This document shows positions 28,355 to 37,700 of a stretch of 62,966 nucleotides of DNA, one piece after another (position 1 is the first letter of the stretch; every line of letters starts with the position of its first letter). The notes under the pieces were generated by a model that was not told the DNA's origin, searched no databases, and saw only the letters and a list, made by a program, of their open reading frames with translations. The stretch spans positions 1 through 62,966 of the forward strand of contig JAFPWV010000056.1 of assembly GCA_017412675.1 (NCBI GenBank), read 5' to 3'. Origin of the DNA: Clostridia bacterium (GTDB lineage Bacteria > Bacillota > Clostridia > Oscillospirales > CAG-272). The position numbers and the translations under genes are program-made.

Positions 28355-28978
28355 TCAGCAGCACCGGATGAGGTCGCCGCCCATGCATTCGCAGCAGGTG
28401 TCGCAGCAGATCAGGGTCGAGCACGTCCCGCAGAGATCGCAGTCGCCCGCGCCGGTATTCGTGCGGTAGACGCTGCCGTAGTCCGCGCCGCGCCGCTGCA
28501 TCCGCATTTTCGCCTCGCGGTATTCCTCGTTCTGAGGGTCGAGGTAGCACGCGATCTCGATATAGCGCATCGCGTCGTAGTACTGCCCCGCGTAGGAGAG
28601 GAGACAGCCCATGAGATAGTTCCATTCCGCGCCGCGGTCCGCCGGGGGGGTGGAATCGATGATGAGTTTGGCGTCCGCGTAATTGCCTCTGGCGATGAGC
28701 TCGCGGACCTACTCGAAGGAGGTCGTGCCCGCCGACGTGTAGCTCGAGTATGAGGACTGCGTGCCGCCGGAGAACTGGGGACCGCCGCCCGCACGTTCCT
28801 TCTGGATCGCGTCATAGGCTTCATTGATCTCCTTCATGATCTCCTCGTACCCCGCTGCTTGCGCCTGACCGGCGTAGTTGTCGGGGTGCCACTTCCGGGC
28901 GAGGTTGCGGTAGGCGCGCTTGACCTCCTCGTCCGAGGCGCTGCGGGGGATGCCGAGCACCTGATAGGGATCTTTCAT
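28355..28978 (-). CDS. J-domain + TPR-like + Cys-rich-tail protein (207 codons), interrupted by an in-frame TAG at codon 90 (recoded/read-through or pseudogene)
   Basis: J-domain DPYQVLG..KWHPD. The same frame continues after the TAG (28709-28711) as VRELIARGNYADAKLIID..AEWNYLMG..LDPQNEEY..CCDTCCECMGGDLIRCC. The track splits it into two ORFs. Confidence 0.8.
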
Positions 28979-29877
28979 AACCGTTCCTTTCTCCCGTGCG
29001 AGCTCTCCGCTTTGCGGCCGTCGAGAACACGCCCGAGGGATGCCGGGAGTCCGAGATAGATGATATTCTTGACGATCGGGGTGAGGACGTGCGCGGGATC
29101 GAGCTCCTCCGCCGCCTCCCCGAGTTCTTCGAGTCCGATGGGCGCCGACGCCGCGAGGCTCTCCTTCACGATCGGCGAGAGGCGGCCGTTCTCGAGCGCG
29201 AGGGGACCCCAGCCGGCCGAGAGCGGATTGTACCGTCCGCGCCGCACGTCGTCCGCGAGGTCATCCGCCGCGTCGCAGAGATAGACGAACTTCCCAGTCG
29301 CCGTGCCGATCCGCCGGGCGAGCTCCGCGCATGCGCCGCTGAGACCGAGGGAGAAGACGAAGCCGAGCAGATCTCCGAAGAGGGAGACCGTTTCGTCGAG
29401 CGAGGGACAGCCCTCCCGCTCCTTCTGTGCGAGGCGGTCGAGAAACCGTCCGATCTCCCCGTCGGTGTCCGGCGGCAGGAAGTTTACCGCGCGGCGGGCC
29501 ATCGAGGCGGTGAAGGGCTTTGCCGAGACCGCCCTCAGGCGGGTGAAGCCGTGCTCGTCCGCGAGGTCGTCGTCGGTCTTTGCGTCGGCAAGTGCGGCCG
29601 AGAGCGCAGCTGAGAAGGTCAGGACGGGATCGGCCTCCGCCGTCAGACGCCGGTGGGTGGGATGCGCGGGGCACCGCATGGGGACGAACGAGGGCTCGAC
29701 GCCTTCGAGGATGCTCCGCACGGCGGCGAAAAAGGTGAAGTCGTAGGAGAGCGTGAGGCGGGAGAGCTGGCCCGTGGTGCGTCCCATCGCGCGGCAGAGT
29801 CCGCAGTAGAGGGCGCGGTACCGCTCCGCCTCGGAAACCTTGAGCTCCGCTGTGAGCGGCCTGACGTATCCGAACAT
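28975..29877 (-). CDS. DUF5685-like protein with two Asp-rich motifs
   Basis: MFGYVRP..ELKV..YCGLC..LSYD N-terminus; KTDDDLADE and DAADDLADD..YNP motifs. Confidence 0.8.
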   Translation of the reverse strand: MFGYVRPLTAELKVSEAERYRALYCGLCRAMGRTTGQLSRLTLSYDFTFFAAVRSILEGVEPSFVPMRCPAHPTHRRLTAEADPVLTFSAALSAALADAKTDDDLADEHGFTRLRAVSAKPFTASMARRAVNFLPPDTDGEIGRFLDRLAQKEREGCPSLDETVSLFGDLLGFVFSLGLSGACAELARRIGTATGKFVYLCDAADDLADDVRRGRYNPLSAGWGPLALENGRLSPIVKESLAASAPIGLEELGEAAEELDPAHVLTPIVKNIIYLGLPASLGRVLDGRKAESSHGRKERL

Positions 29878-29905
29878 CGTTTGAAGTCCTTTGGAAGATA
29901 CCGAT

Positions 29906-29934
29906 AGAATAGCGCAAACCGGCTGTTTTTACAA
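29906..29934 (-). promoter_or_regulatory. putative sigma-A promoter of the DUF5685 operon
   Basis: TTGTAA-17-TATTCT. Confidence 0.5.
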
Positions 29935-29936
29935 GA

Positions 29937-29961
29937 AATAACCGCTTAATAACCGCTTAAT
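29937..29961. repeat. 11-bp tandem direct repeat (AATAACCGCTT x2), probable regulator site
   Basis: Reads ATTAAG-N5-ATTAAG on the - strand, just upstream of the -35. Confidence 0.6.
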
Positions 29962-30038
29962 TTTTTGTGAATTTTCGCGGTGGCGACAGCGGTTGCGCCG
30001 GAGAATCAAAAAAACGCGGCCCGCTTTCGGAAAAGCAC

Positions 30039-30068
30039 TTGACTTGCTCAGCCCGGACGTGCTACAAT
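30039..30068 (+). promoter_or_regulatory. sigma-A promoter of the oxidoreductase gene
   Basis: TTGACT-18-TACAAT with a TG extension. Confidence 0.6.
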
Positions 30069-30106
30069 GAAACCGCAGATCAATTCTCAAAAAAGGAGTT
30101 TGCGCC

Positions 30107-31171
30107 ATGCCATACAAAGTGGGATTCATGGGGTTCGGCGGCATGATCTCCGGGTATCACCTCGGGACGATCCGCCGGGACGACGTGCCGTTTGAAGCCG
30201 TCGCGGCGTTCGACATCGATCCGGAGAGACGCGCGGCTGCCGAAGCTGCGGGACTCACCGCCTACGACAGTCTGGAGCGCTTCCTCGCGGACGGCGATTA
30301 CGATCTCGTGGTCGTGGGGACGGCCAACAACTATCACAGCGAGCTCGCCTGCCGCGCGATGGAAGCCGGGTTCAACGTCATGACGGAGAAGCCCGCCGCC
30401 CGCAACTGCGCGGAGGTTGAGCGGATGATCGAGGTGTCAGAGCGGACCGGACGGCTCTTCACCGTACACCAGAACCGCCGGTGGGACCCGGACTTTCTGA
30501 AGGTCCGGCAGGCCATCGAGGACGGCTGTGTCGGGAAGCCCTACATGATCGAATCGAGGATCCATTCCGCGAACGGCGGCGGCGATATGTACGGCTGGCG
30601 CGGCATGAAGGATCACGGCGGCGGGATGCTCCTCGACTGGGGCGTCCACATGCTGGATCAGATCCTATACATGATCAGGGAACCGATCCGGACGGTGTAC
30701 GCGAACGTCTTCCCGCTTTGGAGCGAAGAGGTGGACGACTACGCGAAGGTCATCATCACCTTCGAGAGCGGGTTGGTCGCCCAGATGGAGGTGGCCACCT
30801 ACGCGCCGATCCCCCTGCCCCGCTGGGCGATCTGGGGTGACCGGGGCGCGCTGACAATGCAGGACATCGGCTCCCCCGCCGCGCACGTCCGCCGCATCCA
30901 GGAGGATTCCCTCACGCGCGAAAAGGTCAAGGCGTTCGAGGACTACCGGGTCCTCTTGCGCGATCAGAGCCGCCACAGGATCAAGGAATTCGAGGAATTC
31001 GATACGGACAGAAGCCCCGGCGGCGGATGGCATTCGCTGTATCAGAATCTGGCGGGCGTCCTCGCGGGGACGGAAGAGCTGATCGTCAAGCCCGCCGAAG
31101 TTCTGCGGTGCATGAAGGTCATCGAGGCGGCCTTCCGCTCCTCCGAAGAAGGCGTCGCCGTGAAGTTCTGA
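30107..31171 (+). CDS. Gfo/Idh/MocA family oxidoreductase
   Basis: GFGGM Rossmann motif, EKP, HQNRRWD, GGGMLLDWGVH. Confidence 0.92.
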   Translation: MPYKVGFMGFGGMISGYHLGTIRRDDVPFEAVAAFDIDPERRAAAEAAGLTAYDSLERFLADGDYDLVVVGTANNYHSELACRAMEAGFNVMTEKPAARNCAEVERMIEVSERTGRLFTVHQNRRWDPDFLKVRQAIEDGCVGKPYMIESRIHSANGGGDMYGWRGMKDHGGGMLLDWGVHMLDQILYMIREPIRTVYANVFPLWSEEVDDYAKVIITFESGLVAQMEVATYAPIPLPRWAIWGDRGALTMQDIGSPAAHVRRIQEDSLTREKVKAFEDYRVLLRDQSRHRIKEFEEFDTDRSPGGGWHSLYQNLAGVLAGTEELIVKPAEVLRCMKVIEAAFRSSEEGVAVKF

Positions 31172-31185
31172 CGCGGCGGGATAAA

Positions 31186-31218
31186 GGGAAGGACGAGGTC
31201 ATGCCCCGTCCTTCTTTT
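31186..31218 (+). terminator. intrinsic terminator between convergent genes
   Basis: GAAGGACG/CGTCCTTC stem followed by a T run. Confidence 0.65.
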
Positions 31219-31239
31219 TGGCAGAGAAATCGATCCGGC

Positions 31240-32079
31240 TCACACCCTTCTGCGGTCACCGGGGCCCGGGTAATCGGCGGGGCGTTCCCCCGGATTCGCG
31301 CCGGTCCGGCCGGGTCTCGCGCGGGCGATCACGTCGACGCCGAAGAGCAGCTTGGTGAGCCACAGGATGCATACGAGCCCGAGGCACGGCAGGATGCAGC
31401 TCGTCACGACCAGAATCGCCACGGATTCGACATAGCGGTTGAGGAGGACCGCCGCTTTGTTCGCAAGGCTCGTCGCCGTTTCGGAGAGCCGGGAGAGGAT
31501 CGTCGCAACGATGGATGCGTCTTCATCCGCCTCCGCGAGCGGCGCGGTCGCCTCGTTCAGCTCCTCCGAGGAGGCGAGCGTTTCGTCGATGCGGGCGGAG
31601 TACTTGTCGTAGATGCCGTCCGAGACGAGGAGGCTCACCGGGATGGCCACGGCGATCGCCACCGCGAACAGCGCGAGCTTTTTCGCCAGCAGCTTGCCTC
31701 TTCCCCAGAACCAGACGCCAATGATCCCGGCCAGGCAGGCGAGGGGGATGAGCACCTTGAACGCGGCGGCACCGAGCAGCGTCAGAAGCGCCTTTTCGGT
31801 GTACAGCACGCTCAGCACGATCAGGAAGTACCCGGTCAGATCGGCCAGCTTTTCGGCGATCGGGGTGGCGGTGTCGCCGGGGATCGCGGAAATGCCGGCA
31901 GAGGCGACGGCGGACGCGGACGTGAGCTTCATGACCGTCGAGGTCTTCTCGTCAAGGGAGGCGAGGAGCGTGCTGTTGAGCTTCGAGTTGTCGCACATTC
32001 TCGAAACGAGGAAGCAGGAGACGGCGGCCAGAAGCACCAAGAGGAGCGAGATCAGGATCTTGATGAGCTTTTTTTCCAC
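31240..32079 (-). CDS. conserved membrane protein
   Basis: GTG start with RBS GGAGG; ISAIPGDTATPIAEKLADL motif; several TM helices. Confidence 0.8.
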   Translation of the reverse strand: MEKKLIKILISLLLVLLAAVSCFLVSRMCDNSKLNSTLLASLDEKTSTVMKLTSASAVASAGISAIPGDTATPIAEKLADLTGYFLIVLSVLYTEKALLTLLGAAAFKVLIPLACLAGIIGVWFWGRGKLLAKKLALFAVAIAVAIPVSLLVSDGIYDKYSARIDETLASSEELNEATAPLAEADEDASIVATILSRLSETATSLANKAAVLLNRYVESVAILVVTSCILPCLGLVCILWLTKLLFGVDVIARARPGRTGANPGERPADYPGPGDRRRV

Positions 32080-32089
32080 GGCGCCCTCC

Positions 32090-32782
32090 TCATTCCGATT
32101 CCCAGAGGATGTCGTACTTCGTCAGATCGAGGAACCCGCCGATGAAGTTGCTCACGACGCGCCGGGCGTTCTCGTCCGCCTGTTCGAGCAGGCCGCGTTC
32201 GACGGCACGGTTTTTCGCTTTGTTTTCAAGCTCGACGATGGAGCCGTTGAATTCCGAGATCGAGAGCGGATTGCCGAAGCCGTTCTTCTCCGAATAGAGC
32301 ACGAAGCTGTTCGGATCGATGTCGACGTTCTGGATCTCCGCCTTCGGCATCCGGACCGTGACGGTCTTCCCCATGATGTCGAGCGCGATGCGGATGCGCG
32401 TAAAGTCCAGCCCCGCTGTGACGACGCCGTCGTAGGTCGCGACATAGCTCGTCTCGGTGAAGCCGAGCGGAATGCTGAAGAGCGTCTTGACCTTCGACTG
32501 GGTGACGGCGTCGGTGAAATAGTACTCCTGCGTGACGAGCACACCCATGTCCGTGACGCCTTCCTCCAGCGTTTTGACCATGATCTCCTGCTCTACGTCG
32601 AGGATCTTCTTCCCGCCCTTGGCGCTGTTCTGCGTGACCGCGGGCGAAGGGCTCTGTGTCACCGCCGTGTCCGCCGCGTCGACGGCCGTTCCCCAGATCA
32701 CGACCGCGACGATCCCAAGAAAGACGACTGCGATCGCAGCAAGCAGGATGACGGAGCGCCTGCTGTTCAATTTGCGGATCAT
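32090..32782 (-). CDS. DUF4230-like membrane-anchored protein
   Basis: N-terminal TM, then LVT.EY, YDGVVTAGLDF, MPKAEI, GLLEQADENA. Confidence 0.8.
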   Translation of the reverse strand: MIRKLNSRRSVILLAAIAVVFLGIVAVVIWGTAVDAADTAVTQSPSPAVTQNSAKGGKKILDVEQEIMVKTLEEGVTDMGVLVTQEYYFTDAVTQSKVKTLFSIPLGFTETSYVATYDGVVTAGLDFTRIRIALDIMGKTVTVRMPKAEIQNVDIDPNSFVLYSEKNGFGNPLSISEFNGSIVELENKAKNRAVERGLLEQADENARRVVSNFIGGFLDLTKYDILWESE

Positions 32783-32943
32783 GCTTCATCCCTCCCACAA
32801 CTCATAATGCAAAGCGGATCGAAAAAGGCCGAAATTGGTCGAATCCGCTCTTTTTTGGTATGATACCGTATTTCCGGGGAAGAATCAAGAATCAATCCGT
32901 GTGCAAAATGTAAATTCTCCGGGAAGGGGCGCGGAAATAAGCC

Positions 32944-32972
32944 TTGACATTCCACCCCGAACGTGCTAAAAT
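32944..32972 (+). promoter_or_regulatory. sigma-A promoter of the COG0523 GTPase gene
   Basis: TTGACA-17-TAAAAT with TG. A divergent TTGATT-17-TATCAT promoter lies at 32860-32888 on the - strand. Confidence 0.75.
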
Positions 32973-33013
32973 GTGGGATGAGATTTTTGCACCCGAAAGG
33001 AATGATGAAAACC

Positions 33014-34123
33014 ATGAAGAATACCGTCAAAATCGCCCTGTTGACCGGATATCTCGGCGCGGGCAAGACGACGCTTCTCAATCACATCCTCGCCAACACC
33101 GAAGGCATCCGCGCCGCCGTCATCGTCAACGACATCGGCGAGGTCAACATCGACGCCGCCCTCATCGAAAAAGCCGGCGCCGTCGAGCGCAACGACATGG
33201 TCCCCCTCATGAACGGCTGCATCTGCTGCACGCTGAAGGACGATCTGGCGGACGGTCTGCGCAGACTCGCGGCCTCCGGCAAGTTCGATTACATCATCAT
33301 CGAGGCCTCCGGTATCTGCGAGCCCCTTCCGATCGCGCAGACCATCGCGATGATCTGCGAGGAGAGCACCGAGGGCGGTCTGCCGATCGTGCTCGACAAC
33401 ATCGTCGCCGTAGTGGACGCCGCTCGGATGCGGGACGAATTCGACGACGGCAAGAAGCTCCTCGCCGAGGAGATCGACGAGGACGACGTCGAAAGCCTGC
33501 TCATCCAGCAGCTCGAATTCTGCAACACCGTCATCCTCAACAAGGCGGACCTCGTGAGCGAAGAGGACCTGAAGGAGCTTCGCGCGATCGTGCGGAGCCT
33601 GCAGAAGGACGCCGTGATCTATGAGGCGAAAAACTGCGATCTTCCCATCACGAAGCTGCTCAACACCGGGCTCTTCGATCTGGACGCCGCCCTGAACTCC
33701 GCCGCCTGGGTGGACGCGATGGAGCATCCGGAGGAGCACGAGAACCCCGAGGTGCTGGAATACGGCATCGAGACCTTCGTTTACTACCGCCGCAAGCCGT
33801 TCTGCCTCCCCGCCCTCGACGCGCTGTGCGAGGACTGGTTCCCGGGCGTGATCCGCACGAAGGGCATGGTCTGGTACCGCGAGGACCCGGACATGGCGTA
33901 CATCCTCGAACAGTCCGGACGGCAGATCTCGGAGCAGCAGGCGGGCCTGTTCATCGCTTCCGCACCGAAGAAGGAACAGCGGGAGCTTCTGAAGCGGTTC
34001 CCCGAGGCCAAGGAGACGTGGGACCCGGTGTACGGCGACCGGATGATCAAGCTGGTGTTCATCGGACGCAGCATGGATCGCGCGGACATCGAGGCGCACC
34101 TCGACGCGTGCCTGACGGACTGA
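33014..34123 (+). CDS. CobW/COG0523 metallochaperone GTPase
   Basis: GYLGAGKTT, GCICC, IEASG, NKAD, CobW_C (RTKG..LVFIG). Start moved downstream of the promoter; ATGs at 33002 and 33005 are also possible. Confidence 0.92.
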   Translation: MKNTVKIALLTGYLGAGKTTLLNHILANTEGIRAAVIVNDIGEVNIDAALIEKAGAVERNDMVPLMNGCICCTLKDDLADGLRRLAASGKFDYIIIEASGICEPLPIAQTIAMICEESTEGGLPIVLDNIVAVVDAARMRDEFDDGKKLLAEEIDEDDVESLLIQQLEFCNTVILNKADLVSEEDLKELRAIVRSLQKDAVIYEAKNCDLPITKLLNTGLFDLDAALNSAAWVDAMEHPEEHENPEVLEYGIETFVYYRRKPFCLPALDALCEDWFPGVIRTKGMVWYREDPDMAYILEQSGRQISEQQAGLFIASAPKKEQRELLKRFPEAKETWDPVYGDRMIKLVFIGRSMDRADIEAHLDACLTD

Positions 34124-34132
34124 GGACGGGCC

Positions 34133-34681
34133 ATGCGATTCGGACCGCTCACCTTCCGGGACAGGACCGGGGCAGATATCGTCATCCGGAACGCGGCGCC
34201 TGAGGATGCCGACGCGCTGATCCGCTATCTGAAGGTCATCTCCGCCGAGACGCCCTACCTTGTCCGGGAGCCGGAGGAGATCACGATCACGGCGGAGGCG
34301 GAGCGGGCGTTCCTCGAGGGGCTCATGGAATCGGAGCGGGACCTCATGCTCGCCGCATTTGCGGACGGGCGGCATATCGGGAACTGCTCGATCATGAGCG
34401 TCGGGCCGCAGCTGCGGTACCGGCACCGGTGCAGCGTCGGGATCGCGCTCTATCGGGAATTCTGGGGCAGGGGCATCGGCCGGAAGATGATGGAGACCGC
34501 ACTCGACGCCGCGCGTCAGGCCGGATACGAGCAGGCGGAGCTTGAAGCGGTCGCAGGCAACACGGCCGCCGTCTCGCTGTATGAATCGCTCGGATTCGTG
34601 ACCTGCGGCACGCTCCCGTGCAACATGAAATACAAAGACGGGCGTTACGCCGACACCGTCTGGATGATGAAAAGGCTGTGA
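34133..34681 (+). CDS. GNAT family N-acetyltransferase
   Basis: FWGRGIGRKM, N..A..LYESLGF. Confidence 0.88.
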   Translation: MRFGPLTFRDRTGADIVIRNAAPEDADALIRYLKVISAETPYLVREPEEITITAEAERAFLEGLMESERDLMLAAFADGRHIGNCSIMSVGPQLRYRHRCSVGIALYREFWGRGIGRKMMETALDAARQAGYEQAELEAVAGNTAAVSLYESLGFVTCGTLPCNMKYKDGRYADTVWMMKRL

Positions 34682-34688
34682 AGCCGCC

Positions 34689-34718
34689 AAAAAAGACCGT
34701 TTCGTCACGGTCTTTTTT
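34689..34718. terminator. bidirectional terminator
   Basis: AAAAAAGACCG/CGGTCTTTTTT between the convergent GNAT and dnaE genes. Confidence 0.85.
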
Positions 34719-34723
34719 GCATC

Positions 34724-37700
34724 TCACCGGCATACGACGTTCTCTTCTCCGAGGATCTCGCAGAGCTCTGCGAGGACGAACGGGGAGGGCTGGATGCCGA
34801 CGGGGGGCTTGAGATATTCGTTTTTCGCCGCCGAATAGAAGGTCGCGGGGGCATAGCCGGAGAAGATCGCGCAGAAGGCACGGGCGCGGCGGTATGCCTC
34901 GGATTCCTCCGACGGCACGCGCAGATAGATCTTCCGCGGCGCTTCGGGAGAAGTTCCGGAGGACGGCGGCTCCTGCGGGCGCTTCTCATACGAGGGATGC
35001 GCGGGCGCCGGGTCCTGCTTCGGCCGGTCGGCATACGAGGTCCTCGGCGGTGCGGCGAGCATGTCTTCCGCCGGGATCTCGTCGGCGCGGGAATCCGGCA
35101 GCAGCTCGATCGCGCGGTCGGCCAGCAGCTTGACCTCCTCGTCCTCCCGGGCGGACAGCGTCCCCGCGACGGCGATGACCGAGTCGAAGACCAGAAGATG
35201 CCCGTATTTTTCAAGCACCTTCGGGAAGAAGAGCACCTCCATCGACGCCGTCGCGTCTTCGATCGTCACGAACGCCATCTGGTCGCCGTTCTTCGTCGCC
35301 TTGTTCACGCGCTTCGTCACCGATCCGGCGATCGTCACGCGGCTGCGGTCGGCGTATTCCGGCGTGCCCTCCGCGTCCGCCATGTTCTCCGCGCCGTCGT
35401 CCTCCCCTTCGGCAGGTTCGGCGAAGGACGCGCGGATATCGCGGATGCGGGCCGGCCGGATCCGTTCGAGGTGCTGCCCGTAGTCGTCGAGGATGCTCCC
35501 CGAGAGGTAGAGCCCGCAGCTCTCCTTCTCGAGCGCGAGCTTCTCCCTGGCGGTGAACTCCGGCAGCGGCGGGTATTCGATCCGCGGGATCTTCGGCTTC
35601 GCGCTCTGGTCGGCGTCGAACAGTCCGATCTGCGCGTCGTCGATGTTTGCGGCAGCCTGACTTCGCCGCTCGAGCACGAGCTCGTACACGGCGAGCAGAC
35701 GGCTCCGCGCCACCCCGAGGGAATCGAGCGCCCCGGATTTGATGAGCGTTTCGAGCTGCTTCTTATTGAGCTCCCGCCCGCTCATCCGTTCGATGAAGTC
35801 GTCGAAATCGCGGAACATGCCGCCCGTCTCCCGCTCCTCGACGATCTTCTGGATGAAGCTCGCGCCGATGTTCTTGAGCGCGGTCAGCCCGTACCGGATC
35901 GCGTTCCCCTCGACGTGAAAGTCGCCGCGGCTCCGGTTGATGTCCGGCGGGAGGACGGCGATCCCCTGCTTCGCGCAGTCGGCGGTGTATTCCGCGATCT
36001 TGTCGGAGGAATTCAGGACCGAGGTGAGGAGCGCGCTCTCGTATTCGCGGGGATAATGCGTCTTGAGATAGGCCGTGCGGAAAGAGAGCACCGCATAAGC
36101 CGCGGCGTGGGATTTGTTGAAGGCGTAATTGGCGAAGCTGACGATGTCCTCGAAGAGCTTCACGGCGTCCTCTTCGGCGATCCCGCGCTCCTTCGCACCG
36201 TCGAGGAAGGACTGACGCTCGCTTTCAAGCACGCCCGCCTTCTTTTTCGAGATCGCGCGGCGAACGACGTCCGCGTGGCCGAAGGAATACCCGGCGATCT
36301 CGCGGAAGATCTGCATGACCTGCTCCTGATACACGATGCAGCCGTAGGTCACGTCGAGGATCGGGGCGAGCTTCGGGGTACAGTAGGTGATCTTTGACGG
36401 ATCGTGCCGCGCCTCGATGTAGCGCGGGATGGAGTCCATCGGCCCAGGGCGGTAGAGCGCGATCGCCGCGATGATGTCGTCGATGCACCGCGGCTTGAGC
36501 TGGGTGAGCATCTGGCGCATCCCGGCGGATTCGAGCTGGAACACGCCGTCGCACCGGCCGGCCGAGATCGTGTCGTAGGTCGCGGGATCCCCGATGTCGA
36601 CCTTCGTGAGATCGAAGTCCGGGAGGCGTTCCCGGATCTGCCGCTCGGCGTGGTCGATGATCGTGAGGTAGCGGAGGGCGAGGAAGTCGAATTTCAGAAG
36701 CCCGAGCTCCGCGATGGTGTCCATGTCGAACTGCGTGACGATGATGCCGGAGTTGACCGACACGGGGACATACTCCGTCACGGGGAGATCGGTGATGACC
36801 ACCCCGGCAGCGTGCGTCGAGGCGTGGCGGGGCATCCCTTCGAGGGCGGCCGCGGTGTCGATCAGGCGCTTCACACGGTCGTCGCCGTCGTAGAGGCTCT
36901 TCAGCTCGGGGCTCGCTTCCATCGCCTTCGCGAGCGTCATGCCGAGGGCCTGCGGGATCTGCTTCGCCACGGCGTCCACGTCGGCGTAGGGCATCCCGAG
37001 GGCGCGCCCCACGTCCCGGACCGCCGCACGCGCCGCGAGGGTCCCGAAGGTCACGATCTGCGCCGTGTGGTCCTCGCCGTACTTCTCACGCACATAAGCG
37101 ATGGCCTCGTCCCGGCGGTCGTAGCAGAAGTCGATGTCGAAGTCCGGCATACTCACCCGCTCGGGATTGAGGAAGCGCTCGAACAAGAGATCGAAGCGGA
37201 GCGGGTCGATGTCCGTGATCCCGACGAGGTAGGCGACAAGCGAGCCCGCGCCCGATCCGCGCCCCGGTCCGACGGGAATTCCCTTCTGCTTCGCGGCATG
37301 GACGAAGTCCCAGACGATCAGGTAGTATTCGGCGTAGCCCATCTGCCCGATGACCGAGAGCTCGTAGTCGACGCGGGAGAGGTAGTCCTCGCGCGAAAAC
37401 GGCGATCCGGGGACGATGTGGCCGTCCGCGATCTTCTTTTCAAAGCCTTCGAGCGCGAGGGAACGGAGGTATTCGCCGGGAGCCATCCCGTTCTCCGGGG
37501 TGTAGCGCGGGAGCTTGATCTTCCCGAACTCGAAATCGAACGCGCACATGTCGGCGATCTTCACGGTGTTTTCGAGCGCGCCTTCGTAATCCCGGAAGAG
37601 CTTCTCCATCTCCGGGGTGTTCTTGTAGTAGAACTCGTCCGTCTCGAATCCCACGGGATTGCCATCGGCGACGGTGTTCCCGGTCTGGATGCATACGAGG

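Noticed and set aside
28411-28824. Alternative-frame ORF or frameshift explanation for the split J-domain gene (including the G7 run near 28644)
   Set aside because: Both halves are in the same frame, separated only by the TAG. The other frame gives Arg/Ala/Ser-rich nonsense.
32963-33013. Track start (GTG 32963) for the COG0523 GTPase, and similar N-terminal extensions of prpC, rsmB, rpoZ, nadK, tlyA, xseA and spoIVA
   Set aside because: They overlap promoters or upstream genes; downstream starts have better RBS spacing and match the family N-termini.
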